Positions 14,104 to 26,558 of a stretch of 64,000 nt of DNA are shown here, piece by piece. The stretch's first letter is position 1; every line of letters begins with the position of its first letter. The translations under genes and the position numbers were made by a program. Origin of the DNA: the human T2T-CHM13v2.0 reference genome, Homo sapiens. The stretch is taken from assembly GCF_009914755.1 (NCBI RefSeq), contig NC_060932.1; one strand, 5' to 3'. Under the pieces are notes generated by a model. That model was not told the DNA's origin. It did not search any database and saw only the letters and a program-made list of their open reading frames with translations.

Positions 14104-16034
14104 TTTTTTTTGTGTTGTTTAATTGTAGTTTTAGGTTCAGATTCAAGGAGTGCAGTGGTAGGTTTATTTTAAGGTTATATTGCGTGATGCTGAGGTTTGG
14201 GCTTCTACTGATCCCATCACCCAGATAGTGAACATAGTACCCAATAGGAAGTTTTATAGACCTTTCCCTGCACTCTCCTTTTGGAGTCCCCAGTGTCTTT
14301 GGTTCCCATCTTCATGTCCAAGTGTATTCAGGGTTTAGCTTCAAATTGTAAGTAAGAACATGCAATATTTCGTTTTCTATTTTTGTGTTAATTCACTTAG
14401 GATTATGGCCTCCAGCTGCATCCATGTTGCTGCAAAGGACATGATATCATTCTTTTTTTATGGCTGCATAGTGTTCTGTGGCGTATATTCACCACAGATA
14501 GGCTCTTCAGTTGATTCTGTCCTAGTGGAATAGTGAATAGTGTGGCAATAAACGTATGAGTGCAGGTGTTTCTTGGTAGTACAATTTTATTTTCCTTTGG
14601 GTATATATCCAGTAATAGGATTGCTGGGTTCAGTGGTAATTCTATTTTTAGTTCTTGGAGAAATCTCCAAACTGCTTTCTATAGTGACTGAATTAATTTA
14701 CATTCCAGTAACAGCATATAAACATTCCTTTTTTCTTCATAGTCTCCCCGGCATGTTATTTTTTGACTTTTTAATGATAGCCATTCTGACTGGTGTGAGA
14801 TGCCATCTCATTGTGATTTTGATTTGCATTTCTTTGATGATTAGTGATTTTTTCATATGTTTGTTGGCTGTTTGTATTTCTTCTTTTGAAGAGTATTTGT
14901 TCATGTCCTTTGCCCACTTTTTAATAGGGTTATTTGTTTTCTTCTTGTTGATTTAAGTTTCTTATAGATTCTGGGCATTAGTCCTTTGTCAGTTGCATAA
15001 TTTGCAGATACTTTCTTCCATTCTGTAGGTTGTTTACCCTGTTGATAGTTTCTTTTGTTGTGCAGAAGCTCTTTAGTTTAATTAGGTCTCACTTGTCAAC
15101 TTTTGTTTTTGTTGCAAGAACTTTTGAGGACTTAGTCATAAATTCTTTACCTAGGCTGATGTCTTACATTTAAGTCTTTAATCCATCTTGAGTTAATTTT
15201 TGTATGTGGTGAGAGGTAGGCATCCAGGCTGCATATGCTTAACCAGTTTTCCCAGCACCATTTATTGAATAGATAGTCCTTTCCCCATTGTTTATTTTTG
15301 GAAACATTGTTGAAAATCAGATGGTTATAGGTGTGTGGCTTTATTCCCAGGTTCTCTATTCTGTTCCATTGGTCTGTGTCCATTTTTGTACCAGTATCAT
15401 GCTGTTTTGGTTACTGTAGCTTTATAGTATAGTTTGAAGTTGGGTAATATGATGTCTCCAGCTTTGTTCTTTTTGCTTAGGATTGCTTTGGCTACTTGGG
15501 CTCCTTTTTGTTTCCATATGAACTTTCGAATAGTTTTTTTCTAATTCTGTGAAAAATGACATGGAAAATTTTATAGCAATGGTGTTGAATCTGTAGATTG
15601 TTTTGGGCAGTATGGACATTTTGATGATATTGATTCTTCCAATCCATGAGCATGGAATGTTTTTCCATATGTTTGATTTGTCTGTGATTTCTTTCAGCAG
15701 TGTTTATAATTCTCCTTGTAGAGATCTTTCACCTCCTTAGTTAGATGTATTCCTAGGGTGTGTGTGGGGAGGGACAGGGGGTTGCAATTGTAAATAAGAT
15801 TGCATTCTTGATTTGGCTCTCAGCTTGAACCTCATTGGCTTACAGAAATGCTACTGATTTGTGTACATTGTTTCTGTATCCTGAAACTTTACTGAAGTCT
15901 TTTATCAGATGTAGGAACCTTTTGGCAGAGTCTTTAGGGTTTTCTCAGCATAGAATCATATCCTCCACAAAGAGAAATAGTTTGACTTTCTCCTATCTTT
16001 TTTGGATCACTTTTATTTCTCTTGCCTGATTGCT
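14104..16034 (-). mobile_element. L1 (L1PA15-17-like), 5'-truncated, 3'UTR plus ORF2 C-terminal remnant
   Basis: T-rich tail at 14104, then the antisense L1 3'UTR. ORF track fragments '[21 protein letters not shown]...[21 protein letters not shown]' and '[17 protein letters not shown]...FFTELEK' are L1 ORF2p. Frames are disrupted. Confidence 0.93.
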
Positions 16035-16679
16035 GGGCCAGTTTTTAAACACAGCCACTAATTAAATTCAAATTATATAAACTAATGATTAAATAAATTA
16101 TATTTTAATAAGGTAATAAATACTTAAAATTTATCACTTAATCATTTTAGTACACTTTACTATTATCTATGCTTTTTAGCTTATTTATAACTATTTTATC
16201 TGTATAATGGAAATACCATATAATGTATGCTACTGAACATTACTTCCCAACTCTCTGTTCAGTGACATAACATTGGTAGCTTGAAGTTGGCCATAGTGAG
16301 AGTATTTACACTATGGAAATTTGCAAATGCTACAAGTTAGGCATTCGTTTATTGTTTTGTTCCTTGTATAAAAGATTTTAAAAAGTGATACTAATTATAC
16401 AAATTAAATATAAAAGTGTGTCTTTCTACAGCCAGTACACTGTGACTAGCACAATAATTTTAGGAAATAATATTCCGATATCTGAAATTATTATCTATTT
16501 CAATAAAGAAGTTGCTTATACCATTGATAAACAAGTGAACTTCTGATGTAGGTCTTTGGTGTTCACTTTTGTCTTACTTGTTAACATCCACAGAAAGAGC
16601 AACCAACATTCATGTTGTAACTATACTTGTTTCTCAGTTGCAACCGTAGATTGGCTATGGAATCAAAAGTTAGGCAAAA

Positions 16680-16993
16680 CCAGGTACAAGGGCTCATGCC
16701 AGTAATCCCATACTTTGGGAGTCCAAGATGGGAGAATCACTTGAGCCCAGGAGTTTGAGACCAAGCTGGGCAAGATGACAAGACCCCATCTCTACAAAAA
16801 AAATAGAAAATTAGGCAGATGTGGTGGTGTGCATCTGTAGTCCCAGCTATTCAGGAGGCTGAGACAGGAGGATCGCTTAAGCCCAGAAGTTCAAGGTCAC
16901 AGAGAGCTGCGATTGTCCCACAACAATGTACCAGCAGCCTGGGCTATAGAGTGAGACCCCATCTCTTGAAAAAAAAAAAAAAAAAGAGAGACG
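16680..16993 (+). mobile_element. Alu SINE, AluJ, inserted within MER63
   Basis: Dimeric Alu ('atcacttgagcccaggagtttgagacc...gaggatcgcttaagcccagaagttcaagg') with poly(A). TSD taggcaaaa at 16671-16679 and 16994-17002. Confidence 0.92.
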
Positions 16994-17321
16994 TAGGCAA
17001 AAGTCAATGAAAACATTCCATGAGAATTAATATACTAATTTACTATATGGATTTTAATATTGTATACTTTATTATTATGTATAAATTATGTGCTACATAT
17101 AATTTATATCAGTAAAATTTATAACAAATATGTATATTGTTTATATGCATACATTTTCTTTCGGCAGAGTCAAATGTTAAACATTTACCAGAATAATATT
17201 AAAAATAAGGGTCATCTGGATTAACTGGCTTTTTCACCAAAGTATAGCCAGTGAATGCTAGAGCTCCAAATCCAACCTATATGTGACTGATTCCAGTCCT
17301 GGTGTTTTCATATTTTATAAA

Positions 17322-17497
17322 TAGTGGTTCTCAGAAAATCAGCTTCAGAATTCTCAACAGGGAACAAGCATTGTAGATTCTTGGACTTTGCCCCAGACCT
17401 CCTGATTCAGAATTTCTGGGACTAGGGCCAATGAACTTGAAATTTTCATATTCGCTCTAGGTGATTCATACGGAGTGTCTAATATGAGAAACACTGG
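17322..17497. mobile_element. MER5A/B hAT-Charlie MITE
   Basis: Termini 'tagtggttctca' and 'tgagaaacactg'. Internal 'ccccagacctcctgattcagaatttctggg...ctaggtgattc'. Confidence 0.75.
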
Positions 17498-17699
17498 TTC
17501 TTCATCTTATTTTATTTCAATGCAGAGTTACTGTATTTCAAAACAATCAGGTGCCATAATCTGAAATAAAGTGCCACATTGAAGGACAGATACCAGAGAA
17601 AAGAGATGCTGGCAGGAAAAAAGAATTTTTCTTTTCTTTTCTTTATTTGACTTCCTAAAGTATTATAGAAAAGAAAGTTTAGTGGACATTCTTTGTTTT

Positions 17700-18052
17700 A
17701 TTTACATATATACATATAAAACATTTATATATAAATATGTAAATAAAATTTATATGTAAATATTCATATATAAATGTTTATATATTGATTTTATCTATAT
17801 TTTATCCATATAAAATTTTATCCATATAAAATATAGATAAAATCAGTACAGTAATACTGCATTTCAGAGCAAATATGATGAATAAATGGTTCTCATATTA
17901 GACATTGCATATGAATGTCTACTAAACTTGTTATATGTATTTATATATAAAACCAGTTTATACATACACACATAAATATATATACATACATACAGATATA
18001 TCTACATATGTTTACATATATGTCTGTGTTATATACGTGTGTGTATATATGA
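17700..18052. repeat. TA-rich low-complexity region with inverted repeats
   Basis: (TA)/(TACA)-rich tract. Contains perfect 20-bp inverted arms at 17786-17805 and 17826-17845. Confidence 0.85.
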
Positions 18053-18879
18053 TTCACACTGTATGTGATAATCCTCAATCAGGTATATTAAAATAGCAGC
18101 AATAACTCCACAGTGCCACTTGAATGTTTCACATGATTTGCAGGAAATTTTCTAAACCTTGTTGAGAGACCATGTGCTCTTATTATCAAGGATTTCCCAG
18201 AATAGGTCTATTCTGTAAGATCCTCTTGATTTAGTCAAATCCAGACACCAAAAGGAAAGCCATGGCCACCTCATGTGCTTTTTCATGAGTCTAAAAGAAT
18301 CAGAGTGATTTCCCAAGGCCTGCAACCTTACTCCTTCCTGTAGTATATCAACTTCCAGAGGTTTTCAAGAGTACAGCACAACAGGGTAGTCACTTAAGGC
18401 AGAAAATTCATCTCCACCAATGCTGAGCCTCCTGTTACAATGGATTAATCATCAAAGTCGATTATTCTGTCAAATTCTCCAAGGGTGAAATCACACATCT
18501 TACCACTGGTGTGTGGAACAGGCATTCCCTTCATCTTACTGGCACAGATACAAACTGTAAGTAACTTTTATGCACTGCAGAGGAGGAAGTGCTGATACAT
18601 TTAAAAGGGAGCTGCTTCTCCAGCAGCACCTGCCCAGAAGTTGCTGAAAAATTATACTGCATGCATGTCTTTCAATACTCTCTACTGATAGGTCAGCAGT
18701 TATTACAAAACTGTCCTGATAAGAATCTGCTTGGAGCTTCTGGGATCATATTAACCAAAATGGAACCACTGGGTCAGAGAAAAGCAATGAGATGAATCAG
18801 AATAGCTAACATCTCTTTCTTTTCGCCTGTTTATAGCATACCCAACCTTGAGGGGAAAATCAAATTCTTAACTCTTTGT

Positions 18880-19135
18880 AAGATTTTCCTCACCACCACA
18901 GAGCTCACTCATCTCCCTCTTCTCTGATAACATCAGTATTGTCATTATTTCTGCAAGACCTAGTATTTACTAAGACTCATCTTGCTATCTGATTTTCCTC
19001 CATTTGCATTTGTTTCAATATCTCTGATTGGTTATTTAGCCCTTTAAGGATAGAAACCATGATGTAGCTTTTTCTATGGCCTCCACAGTATTGAGCACAT
19101 AGTAGATAACTTAATACATTCTAGTCCATTGATTG
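18880..19135 (+). mobile_element. L2 LINE 3' remnant
   Basis: 'ccctttaaggatagaaaccatg...ccacagtattgagcacatagtagataacttaatacatt' resembles the L2 3' terminus. Confidence 0.5.
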
Positions 19136-19339
19136 TTAAATTAAGCAGAAAGATGTTTGTTGTTCTTGGGCTTTGGTAATACATTTTGAACTGTTAAAAA
19201 AAATAGTAGACCCTTGAGAGTTATTGCCTCAATTATCAATTATTTACTATCCTTATAATTTAGTAAAGGAGCATAATTAAAAATATTAATGTATGGATCA
19301 GAGAGAAACATTTAGTTTCACATAGTATGCTGTAGCACA

Positions 19340-19640
19340 CTATGTTTTCATTGCACCATCTTGTCACATGCCTTGTCTTTATGTAAAGACATAGATATGT
19401 AAATGTAGTATCCCCAAATTGTAGTTAAGGGAGCAGGCTCAGCACTGGTAAGTAGCTTGCTCATCATCTCATGGTGAAGAAGTAGCTGGGCTGAAACTTG
19501 AACCCAAGTGGTTAGACTCCTGGCTCCTACTACCGAGAGACTGAGTTCTGGTCTTTAACAGTAAGATACTGTGTGACCTTGAGTAAGTCATGTAACTCCC
19601 TGGGATGCTTTCACATTATTTATAAAATAAAATAAGTGAG
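19340..19640. mobile_element. Two oppositely oriented MIR fragments (about 19340-19527 minus; 19535-19640 plus)
   Basis: 'gtaagtagcttgctc...gctgggctgaaacttgaacccaagtggttagactcc' followed by 'ctgagttctggtc...ctgtgtgaccttgagtaagtcatgtaactccctggg'. Confidence 0.6.
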
Positions 19641-19754
19641 GTCCAAAAATTTAGAAGTCTAAAATGTGAGGTCATGTTATTATGCAGTCATTGGTCAGAG
19701 TCATCCTGGCAACTACCTGGGACTGAATCAATGTCTTGGTCCCTGACTGCAGTT

Positions 19755-19773
19755 TGATGCCATCTGGTGGCAG
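19755..19773 (-). promoter_or_regulatory. Candidate CTCF binding site
   Basis: The minus strand reads CTGCCACCAGATGGCATCA, a close match to the CTCF core CCASYAGRKGGCRS. Motif only; occupancy is unknown. Confidence 0.6.
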
Positions 19774-21004
19774 TTGCTCACTCTGGCTCTTATATCAAAT
19801 GGGGATGATTCTGGGTGTGGTGGCTGACTACAACATCCAGAACAGGGGAATCAATTCCAGGAATATCTTGGTTAGTTGATGCCAGTTTCTTCTGTCTGAT
19901 GTAAGAAGTTAGTCTTGGATAATGTCCTTCACCACCCCCCAAAAAATGAGAACTTTAGCGTATGTCCATTTTCAAACTGTAGCAGGATAGAGATTCACCA
20001 TCAGATTATATCTGAATTTATGTAACCATCTGCACATTATTGCAAGATATCACTGTTATTTGAAGACTTGTACTAAAAATTAAGTAAGATAATGTCTTTG
20101 AAAGGGTTTTTGCAAGTTTAAGACACTAATTGAATGCCAGGGATTATCATAAATTTGTAATTCCTTTAGAGAAAATTATCCGGTGTTAATAAATATGACA
20201 CAATACGCATTTTTTTTTCTTTTTAAACACATACAGTGGAATTACTGTTCTGCTTTGTCCCTGCCCTGATTCTGTCGTCAAAAGAATTCTTCAAAACAAA
20301 GTAAAATCATCTCTGGTTCAAAAAGCTATCAACAGTTTATTCCTCCCAACCCCCAATTGCTTATTACATGCAATCCCCGTGTCTCATTTCATTATGTTTG
20401 AGTAGACCCTCTTTCACATATATTTTCTTATTTAGATTTCACAGCAACTTTATGTTACAAATGAGACCCACATGTAGAGAGATGACTTATTAAAGATTAT
20501 CCACTTATTAAATGGCAGATTTAAGCCTCTAACTCAAAGTCTACTGGCCCCAAATATGACTCTTTTCTACTGCTGCTTCCTTTAACATCTATGAGTTCAG
20601 TACATTCTTGCCCCAAACTACTGTTACAAGTTGATTTTTAACCACGTTCTAGTTTTTTCTTTTAAAGAGGTATACCTTTTTCATTGTGAAACATTCTAAC
20701 AACTATCATCTGCAAGGCTTACACACTTGCCAAAGCCCATGAGATGGTAATGTCTGAATCAGTATCATCATCATCCTAATCACCAATTAAATTGTGCTGG
20801 TAGTAATTGAGATGCCTCATGGTATAAATGTGCTATGTTAATTACATGGCAGTTAGAATCACCCATGTCTTTTCACTCCTCTTGTAAGTGATACAAAAAG
20901 TACACACGCAATACACACACACACATACAACCACATACAACCACAGTTTGGTGCTGAATAAAACAAAAGCGTCATTATAAATAAATCAGACTTTGATAGA
21001 GAGG

Positions 21005-21270
21005 CTGTATCCTATAGTGCTTAATATCTTGGACTCTGAATTCGGAAAGACTTGGGTTTATTCCTCACTCTTCCATGTATAATTTGTCACCTGGAACATA
21101 TTACCTAATTTCCCTAAACCTCAGTTTTCTGTTATGTAAAATGGGGGCGATAATATTAGAACCTTAATCATAACATTTAGGGGAAGAATAGTTTTAGATA
21201 ATACATATAGAGTGCTTCCCACAGCATCTAATAAGTAGTAAAACCCATTGTGTGTTAGCAATTATTATTG
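21005..21270 (+). mobile_element. MIR SINE, near full length
   Basis: 'atagtgcttaatatcttggactctgaa...gacttgggtttattcctcactct...taaacctcagttttctgttatgtaaaatgggggcgataata...agagtgcttcccacagcatct...tgttagcaattatt'. Confidence 0.85.
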
Positions 21271-22632
21271 TTATTGTGTTTAGCAATGTTGCTATTAGTA
21301 TTAGTCTTTACACCTTTCAATGTCCACGACTGCCTATGTAAGATCAAAGCCAACAGGAGTGAACAATATAATTAGTGGACTTACAGGTTTCTCCATACCA
21401 GTGGTCTTTTGTGGTTAATATTTTATGATGGATTCCATTTTCAAATTAAATTTAACAGCCTTGATAGCTATGCAGAGACCAATATTAGAGAAGAATTATG
21501 TCATTGGATAACTTGCATTTAGAAATAATGGTATCAAGTTTAAATGATTTCATCTTACTTAACAGGGAACCACAGCCAACCTTAACTGGCAGAAAAAACT
21601 TCCCAATTTACATGTCACATTTAACTTATGCAAAGTATACATTAATTTTAAAGATGCGATAAGGTCCTCTAGTAATCTGGCCTTAGTCACTGATTGCGAA
21701 TTTTACTAACCAGCATTCTTCTAGGGATGCAAATGAACAGAAATAGTTGTATAAATAATGCAATTTATTATTCATACGATTCTGCTCATGTCCTTATGAG
21801 CTGCCCTGCACTCCTCCCACCCACCTGATCCTGCTGTATCAATGTCCTTCTCCAACATTTTCCAGGTTTTACATATTTCACAAAACTTTGATTCAAGTTT
21901 CCAGTAAATGAATGTTGAAATATGATGAATTCCCTTGCTATCTAAAGTTTAATCATAAGTTTAAAGAGTTTTCAGTCATTATTAATTCTTAGTGTTCACT
22001 ACTAATTTATGATTAATTTACTACTAATTTACCACTATTAATTACTAATAATCTCTAGGTTACCTTGTATTGTGCATGTGCCTCCAGTATATTTGTATCA
22101 AAACCTTAGAGCTGCAGATTTAGCTCAATCATTTCATGAAAAATATCTGCCACATCACCTAATTGGAAAAGAACATCTCTGTCGTGCCAATCAGCCAGAT
22201 CACTCCTAGCTGTCAGGAAAAACTCTGACTTCATTTTCCAATTCAAATAAGCATGTAAATTCAGGTCCCCGAGACAATCATCTCACTTCTGAATTCTTAT
22301 CCTAAAATAGATATATAGATAAGGCACAGAAGCTTACCAATAGCTCTATCACCTGGATGAAATAAACCTCAGCTCACTTCCACATTTCGGATGGGCTCTG
22401 AAAGGACTCCCACTTGGGAGAGGAGATGCATCCTAGAACAGTCCCATTGTTTTGGCATCCACCTTGCTGCATCTGTAAAAGTAGGGTCTTGGGCCTTTCG
22501 TTGTGTAAATGAAAAAGCCTTTTGTGGAAGAGAAAGTCGAAAAAACTAGTAAGAACGACTGCATTGTAAAAACCTAGAAAATCATTCCTTTTTAGCGACC
22601 CATGCAGGCAAAACCCTGAACGTCTTCATTTA

Positions 22633-22860
22633 TAGTTGTCCCTCTGTAGACATAGGGGACTGGTTCCAGGACCACTGAAGATACCAAAATCCATGCATAC
22701 TCCAGTTCTGCAGTCAGCCCTGCAGATCCCACAGATGGGAAATGTCAGCCCTACGTATAGACAAATTTCACATCCAGTGAATACTGTGTTTTCCGTCTGC
22801 CTTTGGTTGAAAAAAATCGTGTTTAAGTGGATCTGCAAACCCATGTTCAAGGGGCAACTG
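22633..22860 (+). mobile_element. MER8 (TcMar-Tigger MITE)
   Basis: 'tagttgtccctc...ggggactggttccaggacc...ataccaaaatcc...aagtggatctgc...tgttcaaggggcaactg', flanked by TA at 22631-32 and 22861-62. Confidence 0.88.
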
Positions 22861-23407
22861 TACTTTCCACTGTTCACATATCCCAGTTATAGATAACTGC
22901 CCCAAGGCACAGCACATGATGCAAATTTGGCAGTCAGTATGTGTTGAATGAATGAATTTCATCATGATTCATGTAGCCTTCCATATTTATAATTCCACAA
23001 AAACAGAAAGTTTATCTTTTTCTCACAGCTTTTCTATGTAATGACAACAGATTATATTAATATCAAATCACTTTTTTTAAAAAAAGTAATATATGTTCAT
23101 TGGAGCAATTTGAAAATAGGAAAAAGTATAAAATACTGCTTTGAATTCCCATTGTTGCCAGGTTACAGTTTTTTTGCATTCACACTGTATTTAGGTCACT
23201 ATTGGTTTTCACTCTATTTTTTGAAAAATAAAATGTAAAATAGACACAATATTCTCTTGTTCTTACCTTCATCAGGCCTTCTATCCATGAATATTGAATT
23301 ATCAGCTAGATAGTAACTCTTAAGTAATTTTCTCAGAAAGAATATACGAGAACATGTGTTGAAACCTATTCATCTCTTGCCATCTCACATGAAATGAGGC
23401 ATGGCTG

Positions 23408-23697
23408 GTTGCACTATCAAGTATGGTAGCCACTTGCCACTTGTGGCTATGGAGCACTTGAAATGTGACTTGTCTGTATTGGAGATATGTAGCAAATGTA
23501 AAATACACACCACATTTCAAAGACTTAATACTATATATAGGTATAATTAAAATTTTAACATCAGTTATAAATTGGTAATGTTTTTGATATGGTAGATTAA
23601 ATATATTATTAAAATAATTTTACCTTTTTCCTTTTTATGTAGTTATTAATTTTTTAAAATTATATATATGGCTAATATTATATTAATGGACAGCTTT
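23408..23697. mobile_element. MER33 hAT-Charlie element
   Basis: 'tatggtagccacttgccacttgtggctatggagcacttgaaatgtgact...gtaaaatacacaccacatttcaaagacttaatac...atggacagc'. Confidence 0.82.
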
Positions 23698-23940
23698 GGT
23701 CCAGATGTTACCAGATTTTTGCAACACAAAGGCCTTGTACCCCTCTGAAGCTTCTTTTTCTTTCTTCCTTCCCCACCCTGCTTCCTGCTTATAAAGAATA
23801 ACTTAATTCTTTCATACCAATATATTTTCTAGACTAGGTCAAGCTCCTTTGTTTGTTGGACCATGGGAGATTCTTTGGATCTTTGTTTCTATTGTCAATT
23901 TATTTTTCGATTATTCCAATTTCTTCCTTGGTTATGACTA

Positions 23941-26558
23941 TAATTGACCTTTGAACACCTGGATAAGGGTTGCCAATCCCCACCCCCATGCATTTGAAAC
24001 TCCACATATAACTTCTGTGTCCCTAAAAACTTAACTACTGATAACCTACTATTGACCAAAAACCTGACCAATGACATAAATAATTGATTAACACATATTT
24101 TGTATGTTATGTTTATTATACTATATTCTTACAGTAAGGTAAGCCAAAGAAAAGAAAATGTCAAGAAAATCATAATGAAGAGGAAATACACTTGCTATTC
24201 ATTTAGTGGAAGTGGGTCATCATAAAGGGCTTCATCCTTGCTGTCCTCACATTGAATAGTGTGAGGAGAAGGAGGAAGATGAGGGGGTGGTCTTGCTGTC
24301 TCAGAGGTGGCAGAGGCAGAAGAGGTGGAGGTGAAATGGGAGGCAGGAGAGGCAGGCACACTGGGTGTATCTTTATGGAAATACACTGTAATTTCGGTCT
24401 GACTCTGCTCTCTCATTTCTCTAAAAATGTTTCTGTATTATACCAATCCTTCTTCCACTTTTTGTTTTAGTTTCAGTGCCAGTATCATATGAGTCCATGT
24501 TGACAAGAAACCAAAGTGGTCTTGAATAATCGGAATCCTTCTGCCAGATTATCTAATGTTAATCTGTTTTCTGGCACATCTTCTTCCTCATCGTCTGGCA
24601 TTGGCTCAGAAACACTGATCTCCATCAACTTATCATCTGTTCATTCCTCTGGTGTGGTGTCTATTCGTTCTTGAATTTCTCCAAGATCCATATCATAAAA
24701 ATTTCATCCCCCACCCATTTTTTTTTCTGTATTCACAGTCTCTTTCATGATATTCTTGATTGGCTCTGTTGAAAATCCTGTGAAGTCCTGCACAACATCT
24801 GGACACAGTTTTCTCCAGTAGGAATTGATTGTTTGGGGCTTGATGGCTCTCACAACTTTTTCTATAACAATGACGGCATATTCAGTGGTATAATCGTTCC
24901 AGACTTCGTGACGTTCTGTGGGAGTTCTCTTCCACAGCATTGACAGTCCTTTCCATACAGTACCATGTGAAATGAGCCTCAAAGTTCCTTATGACCCCTC
25001 GATCTAAAGACCACATAGACTATTTCAACAATTCTGGTGTTGAACTAATGAAGATCCGGGTGGCCAGGGACATTGTTCAATATCAAAATAACTTTAAAAG
25101 GCAGACTCTTATACTGGCAAGATACGTCCTGACATCAGGGACAAAGCATTCGTGAAACCAATCCAGAAAAAAAGGGTTCTCATTGTCGAGGCCTTCTTGT
25201 TGTACAGTCAAGAGACTGGCAGCTAATGTTTATATTTTCCCTTCAAGGCTCGGGGGTTAGCAGCTTTATAGATAAGGGCAGTCGTGATCATAAACGCGAC
25301 TGCATTTGCTCTAAAGAGTAGAGTTAGCCCGTTCCTTTCTGCCTTAAATCCTGGTGCTTGCTTTTCTTTCTTACTAATAAATGTCCTTTGTGGCATTTTT
25401 TTCTCCCAGAATAGAATACTTTCATTGACATTAAAGTAAATTGCCCAGACAGATATTCTTTCTCCTCAATGATTTTTTTAATGACATCCAGGAACTTGTT
25501 TGTAGCCTCTTGGTTGGCTGAAGCTGCTTCTCCTGTTATCTTTACATTTTTAAAGCCAAAACTCTGTCTAAAATTATCAAACCATCCTTTGCTGGCATTA
25601 AAGTTTGCAACTTTAGATTCTTCACCTTCTCTTTGCTTTAAGTTGTCATATAATGACTTAGATTAAAAAAATCATATTAGATCTATAGGTATTTCTTTCT
25701 TATAGCAATCCTGCACTCACATAAAACCTGTATTTTTAATATGAGCTAAAAAAGTATTTCACAAAAAGTGCAAGATTTCTATGCCTGCTGGCATAGTTGC
25801 AGCAAGAGCTTCATGAATTTCCTTTTCTTTTTTACAATGCGCAGATTCAGTCATCCTGAAATAGTGGGCAACCCAGCTGCAGACCCTGATCTATGATATA
25901 TATCAAGCAATTCAACTTTTTCTTCTAATGCCATGAATTTTCTCTGCTTCTTGGGAGCACTTCCAGTATCACTAGTGATGCTTTTTATGGGTTCCATGGT
26001 GTTGTTCAAGGTTTATGGTATTGCACTAAACACAATGAAAAAATGGGCAAGAACCACCATCACTTTTTATGAGATAAGCAATTTACTGGAAAGAGAAACT
26101 GCTCACATGGAGATGATTAGCATCACATGGCATTTTAAGCAGATACTACCAACACTTCAGCTCAGCACAATAGCAATAGGAAGTGGAAACAAAATTATTA
26201 TAATTAACTGTATGCAGTTATGATTATTACTGCGTCTTTACATTTGTTTAAATTTCTCTAGACTGTGAATGTTAACTTTTTCTGTTTGTGTTTGAGTAAG
26301 TTTTGATAAATTTTAACTTTTTGTAGTAGATTTATATATATTTTATGGTAGTGAATGATTAAAGTGTCTACATATATTTTATGCATTCATGGCACACCTA
26401 TTTCTTAATTTTTTCTATTTCTATGCTATGTGATTCATCTGTGAGTTTTTTCAAATTGTCACAAATCTCCAAAATTTTTTTCTATATATTTATTGAAAAA
26501 AATCCACATATAAGTGGACCCCGTGCAGTTCAAATCTGTGTTATTCAAGAGTCAACTG
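23941..26558 (-). mobile_element. Tigger2 DNA transposon, near full length, decayed pogo/CENP-B-like transposase
   Basis: Terminal inverted repeats (TIRs) 'taattgacctttgaaca' (left) and 'tgttattcaagagtcaactg' (right), with TA flanks at 23939-40 and 26559-60. Minus-strand translations 'GSAPKKQRKFMALEEKVELLDIYHR', 'FNASKGWFDNFRQSFGFKNVKITGEAASANQEA' and 'VWNDYTTEYAVIVIEKVVRAIKPQTINSYWRKL' are Tigger transposase segments. Stops and frameshifts are present. Confidence 0.92.

Larger units (their letters stand above)
14032..17200 (+). mobile_element. MER63 (long C/D-like form) hAT DNA transposon, interrupted by L1 and AluJ
   Basis: 5' piece 'tcttaccagcttgtaagagccagtcattaaattt' (14032-14103). It resumes at about 16036 with 'aaacacagccactaattaaattcaaattatataa...cttcccaactctctgttcagtgacataacattggtagcttgaagttggccatagtgagagtatttacac' and ends 'tgttaaacatttaccag'. 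Confidence 0.75.
13960..17305 (-). mobile_element. MIR split by MER63 insertion (halves about 13960-14031 and 17218-17305)
   Basis: Left half 'tgtgaggtagacagtattacctcaatattaactgtgaggaaactga'. Right half 'ttaactggctttttcaccaaagtatagccagtgaatgctagagct...gtgactgattccag' continues the antisense MIR consensus. Confidence 0.55.

Noticed and set aside
14573-14956. 127-aa hydrophobic ORF, possible membrane protein
   Set aside because: It is the antisense reading of the T-rich strand of an L1 ORF2/3' region.
23941-26558. Domesticated TIGD-like transposase gene
   Set aside because: The reading frame is broken by stops, frameshifts and deletions, and the TIRs and TA flanks mark an ordinary dead transposon.
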